Source of the DNA: Acetatifactor sp.
Lineage (GTDB): Bacteria > Bacillota > Clostridia > Lachnospirales > Lachnospiraceae
Assembly (NCBI GenBank): GCA_022511425.1
Contig: JAFLRO010000005.1
Span: forward strand, 3,326-67,325
Reading direction: 5' to 3'
Length of the DNA stretch: 64,000 bases
Shown here: in pieces, positions 46,598-56,420 of the stretch
Layout: every line of letters starts with the position of its first letter
Position numbering within the stretch: position 1 is the stretch's first letter
The notes under the pieces: generated by a model
Told to the model about the DNA's origin: nothing
Databases searched by the model: none
What the model saw: only the letters and a program-made list of their open reading frames with translations
Made by a program: the position numbers and the translations under genes

Positions 46598-47082
46598 TCC
46601 CGTATCTGCCTCCAGATTTTCTCTATCGTTCCTTGAACCTCATTCCAAAATGTAAACAATCCGTCTCTCTCCATGTCAAAACTGACGTAAGAAAGCGCTT
46701 TGTAGAAAATATCCATGTATTCCATGGGCATTGTATCCGACTTTTGGAGGCTGTAAAGCTCAGCCGCCAGTTCCTTCAACGCAGAAAGAATCTTAAGCTT
46801 TAAGTCTCGTATGTCAGCTTCTGAATCATAGATTCGGTTCATATCGTAGTCGGAGGTATTCCCGCAGGGAGTTTGACAGGTGGCACATCCCGGAGCCACA
46901 GTAAATTTTTCCTCATATATCTCTTCTATAAGCGTCTGAAGGCCTTTACTGCCTGTCTCTATCTGAGCCGTCGAAAAGGCCAGTGCTTTAATGATCACTC
47001 CGTCCGTATTTTTCGTTTTAGGGTTATTGTTGCATGCACCGACCAAGCCAATCAGCGCACTGATAATTTTATCTTCTTCCAA
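46594..47082 (-). CDS. Hypothetical helical Cys-containing protein (162 aa), translationally coupled to the Fe-S protein
   Basis: GCATCQTPCGN motif is present. The helical regions vaguely recall the N-terminal helical domain of hybrid-cluster proteins (recollection only). Confidence 0.5.
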   Translation of the reverse strand: MEEDKIISALIGLVGACNNNPKTKNTDGVIIKALAFSTAQIETGSKGLQTLIEEIYEEKFTVAPGCATCQTPCGNTSDYDMNRIYDSEADIRDLKLKILSALKELAAELYSLQKSDTMPMEYMDIFYKALSYVSFDMERDGLFTFWNEVQGTIEKIWRQIRE

Positions 47083-47108
47083 AAGATACCTCCTTTTCTT
47101 ACCACGGT

Positions 47109-47648
47109 CTAGTTACCTAGTTCTATTGTACATAATTCACTTACAGGGGATGTGATTTTTCCCAAACCAATTGAGACAAATTCTCCACTCATTTTTTTAA
47201 ATTCACGCAATATTAACTCGCTTGCTCTGTAAAACACGTCATCTTCATCTTCTCTGGTAAGCGCCAGGGTACAATGCGGAACCCAGTTATCAGGGCGATA
47301 CCATTCCCAGCCGGTTGTATCATATTCTTTTAAGCACTCATGAAGCTCTGCCTGCAGCTGATACATTTTTCTATTCATAACCGGCGAAGCAAAAATTGTT
47401 TTTGTATCATTAAACATTCCGATAGAACCAATATGAGCAGGAATCACTTTATGATTTTGAGCAAATAATCTTAATTGCTCTATGCACTTTTGCTCATCAA
47501 TATCATTGTAACAGGCCAATGTAAGGTGGGGTCTCGTTTTCCACTCCAAAAATTTTGTGCTCAAATTTTCTTCAGCTACTCTTTGTGCCAACGCAAAAAG
47601 CTTCTTTTCTGTTTCTTTATCAAAATACAACTCTATTGCATATTGCAT
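47109..47648 (-). CDS. 2H phosphoesterase superfamily protein (LigT/ThpR-like 2'-5' RNA ligase family)
   Basis: ORF 47109..47696. GGGGAGG SD selects MQYAIELYFDKETEKKL. Two H-x-T motifs are present (RPHLTLACY and VPHCTLAL). Confidence 0.75.
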   Translation of the reverse strand: MQYAIELYFDKETEKKLFALAQRVAEENLSTKFLEWKTRPHLTLACYNDIDEQKCIEQLRLFAQNHKVIPAHIGSIGMFNDTKTIFASPVMNRKMYQLQAELHECLKEYDTTGWEWYRPDNWVPHCTLALTREDEDDVFYRASELILREFKKMSGEFVSIGLGKITSPVSELCTIELGN

Positions 47649-47692
47649 TACAAATCCTCCCCTATTCTTATAATCACGTTTCTGAATACAAC

Positions 47693-48085
47693 TCAATCTT
47701 TGAACAATTTAGTCAAAGTTTTTGTCCTCGTTAAATACTCATATCCTCCAAGCAAAATACATCCCACGCCATAACAGAATATATCCTTTACATCAAACAC
47801 TCCGCCAATAAGTACACTGAAAAACCTGTTATCTGTAAGCCCCAAAATATCAACAATATGAAACCATTGCAATATCTCGACCGAAACTGCAAAGATAAAT
47901 ACCCAAAGCGGAAGCAGCTTGACCTTCTCTGGGATGAATATCCTTACAAATGCATACACAACAAGCACGACAAGCATATCTCCCACATAAGGTCTCACAA
48001 AATTGTCACGCACATTCAAGGCTATGAGCACTTCAATAATAAGTAATATAATTGTTGTTATAAGGTTTATAATTCTTTTTTTCAT
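47693..48085 (-). CDS. DUF2809-like small membrane protein
   Basis: 130 aa, 4 TM. VRPYVGDMLVV and GGVFDVKDIFCYGVG blocks match my recollection of DUF2809. Confidence 0.6.
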   Translation of the reverse strand: MKKRIINLITTIILLIIEVLIALNVRDNFVRPYVGDMLVVLVVYAFVRIFIPEKVKLLPLWVFIFAVSVEILQWFHIVDILGLTDNRFFSVLIGGVFDVKDIFCYGVGCILLGGYEYLTRTKTLTKLFKD

Positions 48086-48121
48086 TATAATAGTCTGTTT
48101 GGTAAATATAATCTGAGAATA

Positions 48122-48598
48122 TTATTCAGTAAGGACTAAATAATAAAATGTTTTACCGCCTTCTTCTCTGTGAGAATTCCAATCTTGTTCCAAAGCTTCT
48201 TTAACATTTTTAGCATCCATGAAATTATTCCCGCGCTTTTCGCAATGCTCTGCCAACAATTCATCACTAATATCAAGATATACTACCACATCACAATCCA
48301 CAATAATTGTACTGAATAAGGGATGTCCTGATTTGATTGTGATTCTTTCATAGACCAGTTTATCTATATAGTCACCAATTTCTTTCGTCCACGGCTTCTG
48401 ACTAATATATCCAGCCTCTTCTGCTGTTAATTGTGGCCATAATTCATCATCCAAATCTACACAACCTGGAATCTGCCGAAGCAAAGTAGTTTTTCCGCAG
48501 CAAGTTGTTGCCAGCACACAGACTCTTTCATTTTTATGCTTCTCAAAAATGGCATTTAAAGCATTTATTGTTTCCTGCCTAGATGTTTTGATTGGCAT
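48122..48598 (-). CDS. Small P-loop NTPase / kinase-like protein
   Basis: 158 aa. Walker A-like LATTCCGKTTLL is followed by VDLDDE. GAAGGAGAA SD is present. Confidence 0.55.
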   Translation of the reverse strand: MPIKTSRQETINALNAIFEKHKNERVCVLATTCCGKTTLLRQIPGCVDLDDELWPQLTAEEAGYISQKPWTKEIGDYIDKLVYERITIKSGHPLFSTIIVDCDVVVYLDISDELLAEHCEKRGNNFMDAKNVKEALEQDWNSHREEGGKTFYYLVLTE

Positions 48599-48723
48599 AA
48601 TGTATTCTCCTTCACCCTTGAAGAGGCAGCTTTTGATTTCTGATACTCATATCTATAAACTATAGAATGCTTTTTGTCATTTTACCATAGTTTGGCTTTT
48701 TTGAATAGAAAGATAGGTATGAT

Positions 48724-49479
48724 TTATTTTATGACCCTCTTCTCTCTATAAAGCGCCAAAAGGAACAGCACACCGGAAAATGCTGAGAAAAAGATCAAAG
48801 CCTGTATAAAGGACATAAAGGGAAAATTTCTGCCCTGCCAGAAATCAATATAGTCATTACATATATAGGTCATCGGCAACGCCTTGGCGATGACTTGCAG
48901 CCATTTAGGAAGCTGGCCTGTCTGGATGCCCATCATTCCGCTTATGATCATAAAGAAAAAGTAAATTCCCAACAGAAAACCAAACGCAATATTAAAACGG
49001 CGAATCAGATTTGCAATGGCATGAGCCATTATTAAAAGACAGGCAGCAATCAGATACAAAAAGAGCAAAAGGAGGAACAATGCTATCAGCTTTGGACTTT
49101 CAATCTCCATAAAAGCCATTTGGAACAAAGCATAAATGGCAAGCGCCACCGTCATAAACAGCAGATGGACGATCAGCTTTGCTCCAATCAGAGTTTTTTC
49201 ATCATATCCAAACAGATGCATCCGCAAAGGAATCCCCATTTCCACTTCTCTGGCATACATGCAGCCATAACCAATGAGGCAGATCGCCATAGGGATGATC
49301 ATTATCATAGAAAGCATGATACTCGTTGTCACTTCACCATACATGGATTCCGGCACAGAATCTCCTATGGCCTTTGTCATAACGATAGATAAAAAGCAGG
49401 GAAAAATTACTCCAAAGAAATGTACCATAAAGTTTCCGTTTATATTTCTCAATTCATAGATCAAAAGGCGCTTACTCAT
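48724..49479 (-). CDS. ABC-2 type transporter permease
   Basis: 251 aa, about 6 TM. It overlaps the upstream ABC ATPase gene by 8 nt. Confidence 0.7.
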   Translation of the reverse strand: MSKRLLIYELRNINGNFMVHFFGVIFPCFLSIVMTKAIGDSVPESMYGEVTTSIMLSMIMIIPMAICLIGYGCMYAREVEMGIPLRMHLFGYDEKTLIGAKLIVHLLFMTVALAIYALFQMAFMEIESPKLIALFLLLLFLYLIAACLLIMAHAIANLIRRFNIAFGFLLGIYFFFMIISGMMGIQTGQLPKWLQVIAKALPMTYICNDYIDFWQGRNFPFMSFIQALIFFSAFSGVLFLLALYREKRVIK

Positions 49480-50359
49480 TTATCTCCTCCCCTTTCCCTT
49501 TTGCATAATAATCATCTATAGCGTTGACGGACATAATCTCAATGTCACAGCAGCTGCGCTTAAAATCCAGATTATGGGAAACAAGCAGCGAAAGCAGTGT
49601 TTCTTCTTCTCTCTTTCCTCTGCAGGATATTGCCAGAAGATGTTCCGGCGCTTTGATTCTGCTATATTCCTTTAGTAAATCCCTGTTCAGATCCGTATTC
49701 TGTAAAATATAAATGCAGTCCCCACAAAAAGTTTTAAACAATTCTTCTTTTTTCCCATAGGCAATCACTCTTCCCTTATCTAAAAGAAGCAAGGTATCCG
49801 CCATCTGTTCCAGTTCTTCGTAATAGTGGGAAACCAGCATCAGAGTATTGTCCTTATCCTTGTACCAATTTCCCAGCATTTCCATCAATCTCTGCCGCGT
49901 CACAAAATCCAGCCCGGAGGTAACTTCATCATAAAAAGTCAGGGGGCTATCCTGCAACATGACCATAATAATGGTAAAACGCTGCTTTTGCCCACCGGAT
50001 AAAGCATGATACCTTTTCTTAAGGCATTCCTGAAAGTCAAAATACTCAATCAGATCCTGCAATGGTCGGTTATTCTTGATCCGGGTATTTAATATGGTTT
50101 CCATAATACATTTGACAGACATGGTATCCACATACTCATTAAACTGCATATGTGCCGCCATCTCCTCCGGCGGAATCCGGGATATAATACTTCCCTCATA
50201 ATCTACCAGACCTAAAATTGTTTTTACCAGCGTGCTTTTCCCCGCTCCGTTAGCGCCGATAATTCCCACCCGCTCTCCTGCGTTGATATGGATAGGGCTG
50301 TCTATCCAAAGTGCAGTCTGTGCTCCGTATTTTACTTTTAATCCTTTGATAGTAAGCAT
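49472..50359 (-). CDS. ABC transporter ATP-binding protein
   Basis: Walker A GANGAGKST, signature LSGGQKQR, Walker B FYDEVTSGLD. Confidence 0.9.
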   Translation of the reverse strand: MLTIKGLKVKYGAQTALWIDSPIHINAGERVGIIGANGAGKSTLVKTILGLVDYEGSIISRIPPEEMAAHMQFNEYVDTMSVKCIMETILNTRIKNNRPLQDLIEYFDFQECLKKRYHALSGGQKQRFTIIMVMLQDSPLTFYDEVTSGLDFVTRQRLMEMLGNWYKDKDNTLMLVSHYYEELEQMADTLLLLDKGRVIAYGKKEELFKTFCGDCIYILQNTDLNRDLLKEYSRIKAPEHLLAISCRGKREEETLLSLLVSHNLDFKRSCCDIEIMSVNAIDDYYAKGKGEEINE

Positions 50360-50458
50360 GTTTTTCTCCTTCCATTCTCTCAGTCATTTGAATCAGGCAT
50401 TAATATTCGTAGTTTCCCACACCACATGTATTTTGAGTTTCGCAGTCAATTAAGCCAT

Positions 50459-52048
50459 TTAAACGGGAAAGAATAAAGAGGACTTTACTCCGTTATCCAG
50501 ATTTTCGATTTTTGTCTCCATTCCCAAAAGCCGGCCGTAATATGCTACAATATATAAACCAAGACCTTTCCCTTTTTGTTTTGTATCGCTGCTGACAAAA
50601 GGTCTGTATAAATCTGGTAGGAGTTCCTCTTGGATTCGGACACCGTAATTGGTTACAAATAGTCCTTCTTCCTTTATTGCAACCTCGATGTTGGCTCCCT
50701 GCGGACTGTAAACCACTGCATTGGAAATCAGATTATCAATAATGGTTTTTAAGATTTCCCTATCCGTTATGATATATTTTTCTCCGGAGATGGACAGGGC
50801 TTGCTTTTTATTTTCCATCTGCACCTTATATGCTGCTGCCCCTTCTTTTACCAGTTCCTTAAGGCTAACCTCCTCCTTTTCCAAATGGATTGCATGATGA
50901 TTTAAGTCAAGAATATCCTCCACGATTTTTCTCATGGCCTTTAGCTGCTCTTTTACTTCCGGAAGATACGCATTTACATCCTTATATTTCCCCACCCGGT
51001 CTATCATTCCTTCAACTAACAGCATCGCCGCCGCAATAGGGGTCTTCAGCTGATGGGAAGAAGCACGCAAAAATACCTCCTGCCTTTCATTTTCTTCCTC
51101 CAATAAAGCATTCTTGTGTGAAAGCTCCCGATTGCTCTCCCTTAACTTCTCATACAGCTGGTTTAATGCATTTCCCAAGGCTGCCACTTCATCTTTGCCG
51201 GAATCCGGAAAGGGCGCCGGTTCCATATCTTCATCATGCTGTGCACTTTGTGCATGGTTTGCCAGCCGAATGATAGGGGTAACGATCTTCCCCGAAAAGA
51301 AATGGGACGCTATAAGTACCAACAAAAATACAACCACACAAATCATGGGCAAACTTCCAAAGATCACCGGCTTAATCTCTTCCATTTGGGGCGTTACGGA
51401 AGACATCAGCGTGATCACGATTCCCTCATCCTCTACCCCAAAGGCCATGTAATTAGTATAACTGTTGCTACCATCGGACACGCCGGCTTCATAGACCACC
51501 GCACTTTCCGAAGAAGCATATATCTGAATATATTCCTCAGTAAAAACCCTTCCCTCTGTATTTGATTCCAGTGTAACCTCTATGGGAATCTCCTGAGACA
51601 ACATACCTATTTTTTCCTTGACTTCCGATAGAAAAGCTGCCCCTTTCTCCTGCCATATTACTGCAAGCGCTTCCCATTCTTCTCCCCCGTTTTCCTGACC
51701 ATCCTTTTTAAGCAGCTGCTTCGTTTCCTGAAGGAGCACTTGCATATCCTGATCCAGCACTTCCGCTTTCAGTCGAAAATATTTCCCTGTCAGATAGATT
51801 TCGTTTCCCTCTAGGGGGATTTCCACAGTAACAGTGTTAAATGGGTTCCTTACCTTAAGTTCATCATAATTTCCCTTATCCAGATACTGTTCCTGCACAT
51901 CTAAGACTGACTGAAGATTGCTTTCCTTCACATATTCCACATACAAAGACGGCAGCATCAGGGCAAAGTATATGATGATGAAAGCAGTCATAATGAATGC
52001 TAAAACCATGCTGTAAACAAATGTCTTCTTTGATAATCCCATGATCAC
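50459..52048 (-). CDS. Sensor histidine kinase (two TM, large extracytoplasmic loop, HAMP, HisKA, HATPase)
   Basis: 529 aa. H-box SHQLKTPI. N/G boxes NLISNAVVYSP and KGKGLGLYIV. Confidence 0.88.
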   Translation of the reverse strand: MIMGLSKKTFVYSMVLAFIMTAFIIIYFALMLPSLYVEYVKESNLQSVLDVQEQYLDKGNYDELKVRNPFNTVTVEIPLEGNEIYLTGKYFRLKAEVLDQDMQVLLQETKQLLKKDGQENGGEEWEALAVIWQEKGAAFLSEVKEKIGMLSQEIPIEVTLESNTEGRVFTEEYIQIYASSESAVVYEAGVSDGSNSYTNYMAFGVEDEGIVITLMSSVTPQMEEIKPVIFGSLPMICVVVFLLVLIASHFFSGKIVTPIIRLANHAQSAQHDEDMEPAPFPDSGKDEVAALGNALNQLYEKLRESNRELSHKNALLEEENERQEVFLRASSHQLKTPIAAAMLLVEGMIDRVGKYKDVNAYLPEVKEQLKAMRKIVEDILDLNHHAIHLEKEEVSLKELVKEGAAAYKVQMENKKQALSISGEKYIITDREILKTIIDNLISNAVVYSPQGANIEVAIKEEGLFVTNYGVRIQEELLPDLYRPFVSSDTKQKGKGLGLYIVAYYGRLLGMETKIENLDNGVKSSLFFPV

Positions 52049-52701
52049 TTCCCCCGCCCGAATTGATAACCCACACCGATCACAGTCTTAATATAATCTC
52101 CCGGAAGCTTTTTCCTTAAATTTTTAACATGGGCGTCAATGATCCTGTCATTTCCCACATAATCCTCATTAAATATCCGTAAAATCAACTGCTCTCTGGT
52201 AAAAGCTCTATTAGGTTCATTTTTTAATGTCTGTAGCAACAGAAATTCCGTCAGTGTCAAGGAGAGCGGTTTTCCATCGTAAAATGCCTGATAAGAGTCC
52301 TCCTGCAAAACCAGGCCTTTATCTATGGACACATCATTCCTCTTAACCCTGCGAAGAATAGTTTCCATTCTTTTTAACAGGATCAATGGTGACACGGGCT
52401 TGATCACATAATCATCTGCATACAAGTTAAAAGCCTCAATTTGTGTCTTCTCGTCACCCAGCGCAGTCAACATAATAGTGGCGGTATCAGGGCTGTTCTC
52501 TTTTATATAATAAAGCACATCAAGTCCCTTTGCTCCCGGCACTACAATGTCCAATACCGCCATATCAAAATGCTCTCTTTTAAGCAATTCAAGCGCATCA
52601 TCACCGTTATCCACAGGCGTGATCTGATAATCCTGCATTTTCATGTATTCTGTCAATACTTCCCGGATGGTGGGTTCATCCTCCAAAAATAGAATTCGCA
52701 T
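52045..52701 (-). CDS. OmpR-family response regulator
   Basis: ORF 52045..52737. AAGGAG SD selects MRILFLEDEPTIREVL. Receiver Asp in MAVLDIVVPG. C-terminal winged helix (IIDAHVKNLRKKL...IKTVIGVGYQF). Confidence 0.9.
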   Translation of the reverse strand: MRILFLEDEPTIREVLTEYMKMQDYQITPVDNGDDALELLKREHFDMAVLDIVVPGAKGLDVLYYIKENSPDTATIMLTALGDEKTQIEAFNLYADDYVIKPVSPLILLKRMETILRRVKRNDVSIDKGLVLQEDSYQAFYDGKPLSLTLTEFLLLQTLKNEPNRAFTREQLILRIFNEDYVGNDRIIDAHVKNLRKKLPGDYIKTVIGVGYQFGRGK

Positions 52702-52867
52702 ATTTTCAACTCCTTGATAAAAATGAGTATAACACACTCATATGAATTTCAAATGAACGCATGGTGTGTTTTCTGAGAAACTTGCAAACACAATAGAAAG
52801 TACACTCCTAGAGTTTTCTATTATCAAAAAGAGCTGCCAATGCATTCAAGCATCAGCAGCTCTCACT

Positions 52868-54046
52868 TTAGTTTATGTGCTCCTCCAACCACCGGACAGT
52901 ACAATGAGCCAGATAAGCAGCACCAATTGGTAGGACCTCCTCGTTGAACTGTACTTTAGGATTATGGGCGGGATAGTCGCCCCGCTCATCAGCGTAGCCG
53001 GCGGACAGGTACATAAATGCGCTGGGAACGCGTTCTGCAATCAGAGAAAAGTCTTCCGAAGCGCTGGCCGAAATTCCGGAATAACCAACCGCATTGGGAA
53101 TCGGAAGCTCCGTCATATAGCTTACAACCTCTTTTGTCAGTGTACCGTCGCACACCAGCGTTGGCACATTGCATGTAAACACCACATCTGCAGAACCGCC
53201 ATAAACGGTGGCAGTGGCTTCAGACACCTCTTTCAGACGGCGGACCAGCTTCTCACGGGCTTCTTTTTTATTGGTGCGCATCGTTCCCTTAAGTACGGCG
53301 GTATCAGGGATGATATTTGCAGCTGACCCTGCAGTAAATTGCCCCACCGTAAGCAGACAGGCATCACTGGGGTCGCTCTCCCGGGCAATCAATTCCTGGA
53401 GAGCAAGATGGATATGGACGCCGATATTGATGGGATCAATGGACAGGTGGGGATAAGCGCCGTGGCTGCCCTTTCCCTGAATGTGAATCTCAAAAGTATC
53501 CACAGAGAACATCATGGTGCCGGAATCATTGTACAGATAGGTTCCAATGGGAAGCTTACCGGGACTGACATGATATGCCAAGGCAACATCCGGTTTTGGA
53601 TTCTCCAAAATGCCATGCTCTATCATATTCCGGCTGCCTTCAAAGGTCTCCTCCGCGGGCTGGAACATAAATTTTACCGTTCCCTTCAAAGAGGCTTCAT
53701 CCTCTTTCAGCAGCTTTGCAGCCGTAAGGAGCATTGCGGCATGGAAATCGTGCCCACAAGCATGTGCTTGTTCTCCGGTAGGACAGGCAAAGGATAGACC
53801 ACTCTCCTCCGGCATAGGCAGAGCGTCCATGTCGGCCCGAAGAAGAATCACCTTGCCGCCGTGCCCCAGCGTGGCGGTTACCCCCTCCCCGCATTCCTGT
53901 GGCTTAAGTCCGTATTCTTCCAATTTTTTCATCACATAAGCCTTGGCTTTGGGCATATGCAGCCCCACCTCAGCATTTGTATGGAAATAGCGCCGATTTT
54001 CAAGTAATTCTTCGCGCAAAGACTGCGCATGATCAAAATAATCCAT
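52868..54046 (-). CDS. M20-family amidohydrolase (N-acyl-L-amino acid amidohydrolase / hippurate hydrolase type)
   Basis: 392 aa. HACGHD metal-binding motif and QPAEE block are present. Confidence 0.88.
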   Translation of the reverse strand: MDYFDHAQSLREELLENRRYFHTNAEVGLHMPKAKAYVMKKLEEYGLKPQECGEGVTATLGHGGKVILLRADMDALPMPEESGLSFACPTGEQAHACGHDFHAAMLLTAAKLLKEDEASLKGTVKFMFQPAEETFEGSRNMIEHGILENPKPDVALAYHVSPGKLPIGTYLYNDSGTMMFSVDTFEIHIQGKGSHGAYPHLSIDPINIGVHIHLALQELIARESDPSDACLLTVGQFTAGSAANIIPDTAVLKGTMRTNKKEAREKLVRRLKEVSEATATVYGGSADVVFTCNVPTLVCDGTLTKEVVSYMTELPIPNAVGYSGISASASEDFSLIAERVPSAFMYLSAGYADERGDYPAHNPKVQFNEEVLPIGAAYLAHCTVRWLEEHIN

Positions 54047-54140
54047 AGTTCCTCCTAAATGATCGTAAAAAATGACAACTAATATTCATTCCCGCGTGCA
54101 GTGAGTCAAATAGCCGTACTGACACGGATATTTGACTTAC

Positions 54141-54689
54141 TCATTGTTCTTTTGACAACTTCCTGGCGAAAAGCAGAACCACAACATCCAGCGCAGCTTC
54201 CACAATGAGGGAGATACCGGTGAACATCCAAAGGATAAGTGTCGTTTCAAAAGGATTCGACAGGACCAAAAATCCGCAAATGATAGAGACAGCCGCACTG
54301 ATTGCAGGCAGGAACCATCTTCCGGTTTTCAGACGCAGTGTATCAACTGTCCACTGCACTTTGCAAAGACCTGCGACTAAAATGACGACTCCGTAAAGGA
54401 TGGCAAGCACCGGAAAGGCAGCGATGAACCATGTGGGCCGAAGCACACAAAAACCGCCCGCCAATAACATCGAAAGTCCCTTTACAAGGTCCCCTTTAAG
54501 CGCAGCTTCAATTGGGTCAGAGCGAAAATAGCCAATGACACAAATCAGTCCGGCGAACAACAAACCGATGCCAAAGGCAATAATGATACCGGAGGTAAAT
54601 CCAATCGGATCCACTACAAGCAGCACTCCAATCAGTGCTTCGAACAGACATAGAAGAATAACATTTGCGTTGTGTTTTAAGAATTTCAT
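54141..54689 (-). CDS. HdeD/DUF308-family membrane protein
   Basis: ORF 54141..54722, likely start MKFLKHNANVILL. It has 6 short TM helices with the repeated DUF308 pattern. Confidence 0.6.
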   Translation of the reverse strand: MKFLKHNANVILLCLFEALIGVLLVVDPIGFTSGIIIAFGIGLLFAGLICVIGYFRSDPIEAALKGDLVKGLSMLLAGGFCVLRPTWFIAAFPVLAILYGVVILVAGLCKVQWTVDTLRLKTGRWFLPAISAAVSIICGFLVLSNPFETTLILWMFTGISLIVEAALDVVVLLFARKLSKEQ

Positions 54690-54756
54690 AGATTCATTCC
54701 CCCTGAAAAAATGATAATACAATCATTATCCATCTTTTGGGGATAAAATTCAACCA

Positions 54757-55542
54757 TTATTGGATATCTTTCTTTACATATTTCATATAAGCAATGATAA
54801 CCCCTATCATTCCAATCGTGATACCGATGACGACCAAGCTTCCGTTCAGACTGCCATTTGCTACAATATCAGCGCCGTCACAGTATCCAAAGGGCGTTAT
54901 GTATTTCAAGAATTCTGCCACTTCGGCGATGTTGGCGATCAGATTCAAAAAATACATGATGACCGCAATCCCAAGACCTATGCCCACGCTCCCTTTTCCA
55001 ATAAATGCGGAGATTCCAAAGCAAATACCTGCCAACTCAATTTGAAGAATATAATATGCCAAATGAAGCAAACTCATCTCCTTCCAGGGTATATTCTCTC
55101 CTATCACTGCCATAGAACCCACGGAAAGAGCATATATGATCAAACTCATTGTTGTGATCTGAATCAGGACCGCAACAAATTTCTCGGTGATGATACGAAC
55201 ACGGCTCACAGGATGTGTCAGCAGGAATTCAGCAGTCCTGTCCTTTTCCTCTTTACTGAGAATGCCAACGGCGGACAAAGCGGCAAAAAATGCCCCGCCA
55301 AGCCCCAACACATTGCCGCATTCAATAGCATAATACCCTATCAGTGTACCGAAATTCAGTCTATCCATACCAAATGCAGCGGTAAAAGAACCCATGGAGG
55401 AAAACAGTTCGCTCATGCTGTCCATTTCCCCCTTCATTTCAGGAAATAAAAAAATACAGACTGCCAAGAGAAATCCAATGGATGCGGTCCAAATCAAAAA
55501 CGACACCTTACCTTGACGAAGCTCATGCTTAACGATTGTCAT
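54757..55542 (-). CDS. ABC-2 type transporter permease
   Basis: 261 aa, 6 TM. It overlaps the upstream ATPase gene by 4 nt. Confidence 0.7.
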   Translation of the reverse strand: MTIVKHELRQGKVSFLIWTASIGFLLAVCIFLFPEMKGEMDSMSELFSSMGSFTAAFGMDRLNFGTLIGYYAIECGNVLGLGGAFFAALSAVGILSKEEKDRTAEFLLTHPVSRVRIITEKFVAVLIQITTMSLIIYALSVGSMAVIGENIPWKEMSLLHLAYYILQIELAGICFGISAFIGKGSVGIGLGIAVIMYFLNLIANIAEVAEFLKYITPFGYCDGADIVANGSLNGSLVVIGITIGMIGVIIAYMKYVKKDIQ

Positions 55543-56420
55543 GCTCTATCACCTTCCTTTTCATAATAGTGAAGGAAAACCTCTTCCAAATCCGGCTCGG
55601 ATACAGTCAAATCGCTAACATGCCCTGCCAAAAGTCGCTCAAGTAAAGTGTTTATATCACCGCTATAAAGGAAACTCATCGATCCGTCCATATCCATTCT
55701 GTCCCGGACTCCGTCAATCCCCTCTAATTCTACGCTGCCATGTACCGTTACCCGTTTGGCATTTGTCTTTGCCAACGCATCCACACTATCACAGACAATC
55801 ATTTTTCCTTCCCGTATGATTGCTGCACGGGTACAATTCCTCTGGATCTCAGACAATACATGACTGGACAGAAAAACCGTCACACCACTCTTGTTCCGTT
55901 CTCTGATAATATCAAAAAACTCTCGCTGCATCAGAGGATCAAGTCCTCCAGTGGGCTCATCAAGTATGAGTAATTCCGGTTGGCTTTGAAGGGCACTGAC
56001 AATCGCCACCTTTTTCCGATTACCAAAAGACAGTTCATCTACCTTACGGGATGGATCCAACTGCAGGCGGTCACAGAGTTTTCGCGCTTCTTCTGTACAG
56101 TTCATCTTTCGCATATCAGCAGAAAACTTCAGCACATCTTTCACCTTCATACCGGAGTAAAACACCGCCTCGGAGGGAAGATATCCAACATTACTTAAAA
56201 TCGATTCCTTCTCTTTTGTAATGTCTTTATCAAAAATATATGCACTGCCCGATGTGGGAGAAATAAGCCCTAGCAAGGTGCGGATCGTTGTGCTCTTTCC
56301 CGCGCCGTTAGGCCCGATAAAGCCAAAGCATTCTCCCTTCTCAACAGACAGGTTCAAATCAATAATGCCTCTGGATTTTCCGTAATACTTTGTCAGCTTG
56401 ACTGTTTTAATTGCTTCCAT
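55539..56420 (-). CDS. ABC transporter ATP-binding protein
   Basis: ORF 55539..56426. AAGGAG plus 7 nt favours Met3. Walker A GPNGAGKST, signature FGNRKK variant, Walker B ILDEPTGGLD. Confidence 0.9.
   Translation of the reverse strand: MEAIKTVKLTKYYGKSRGIIDLNLSVEKGECFGFIGPNGAGKSTTIRTLLGLISPTSGSAYIFDKDITKEKESILSNVGYLPSEAVFYSGMKVKDVLKFSADMRKMNCTEEARKLCDRLQLDPSRKVDELSFGNRKKVAIVSALQSQPELLILDEPTGGLDPLMQREFFDIIRERNKSGVTVFLSSHVLSEIQRNCTRAAIIREGKMIVCDSVDALAKTNAKRVTVHGSVELEGIDGVRDRMDMDGSMSFLYSGDINTLLERLLAGHVSDLTVSEPDLEEVFLHYYEKEGDRA

Noticed and set aside
54760-55449. 229-aa antisense ORF opposite the ABC-2 permease
   Set aside because: It is a shadow frame rich in His/Cys/Gln with no motifs. The permease frame gives regular TM helices and operon coupling.
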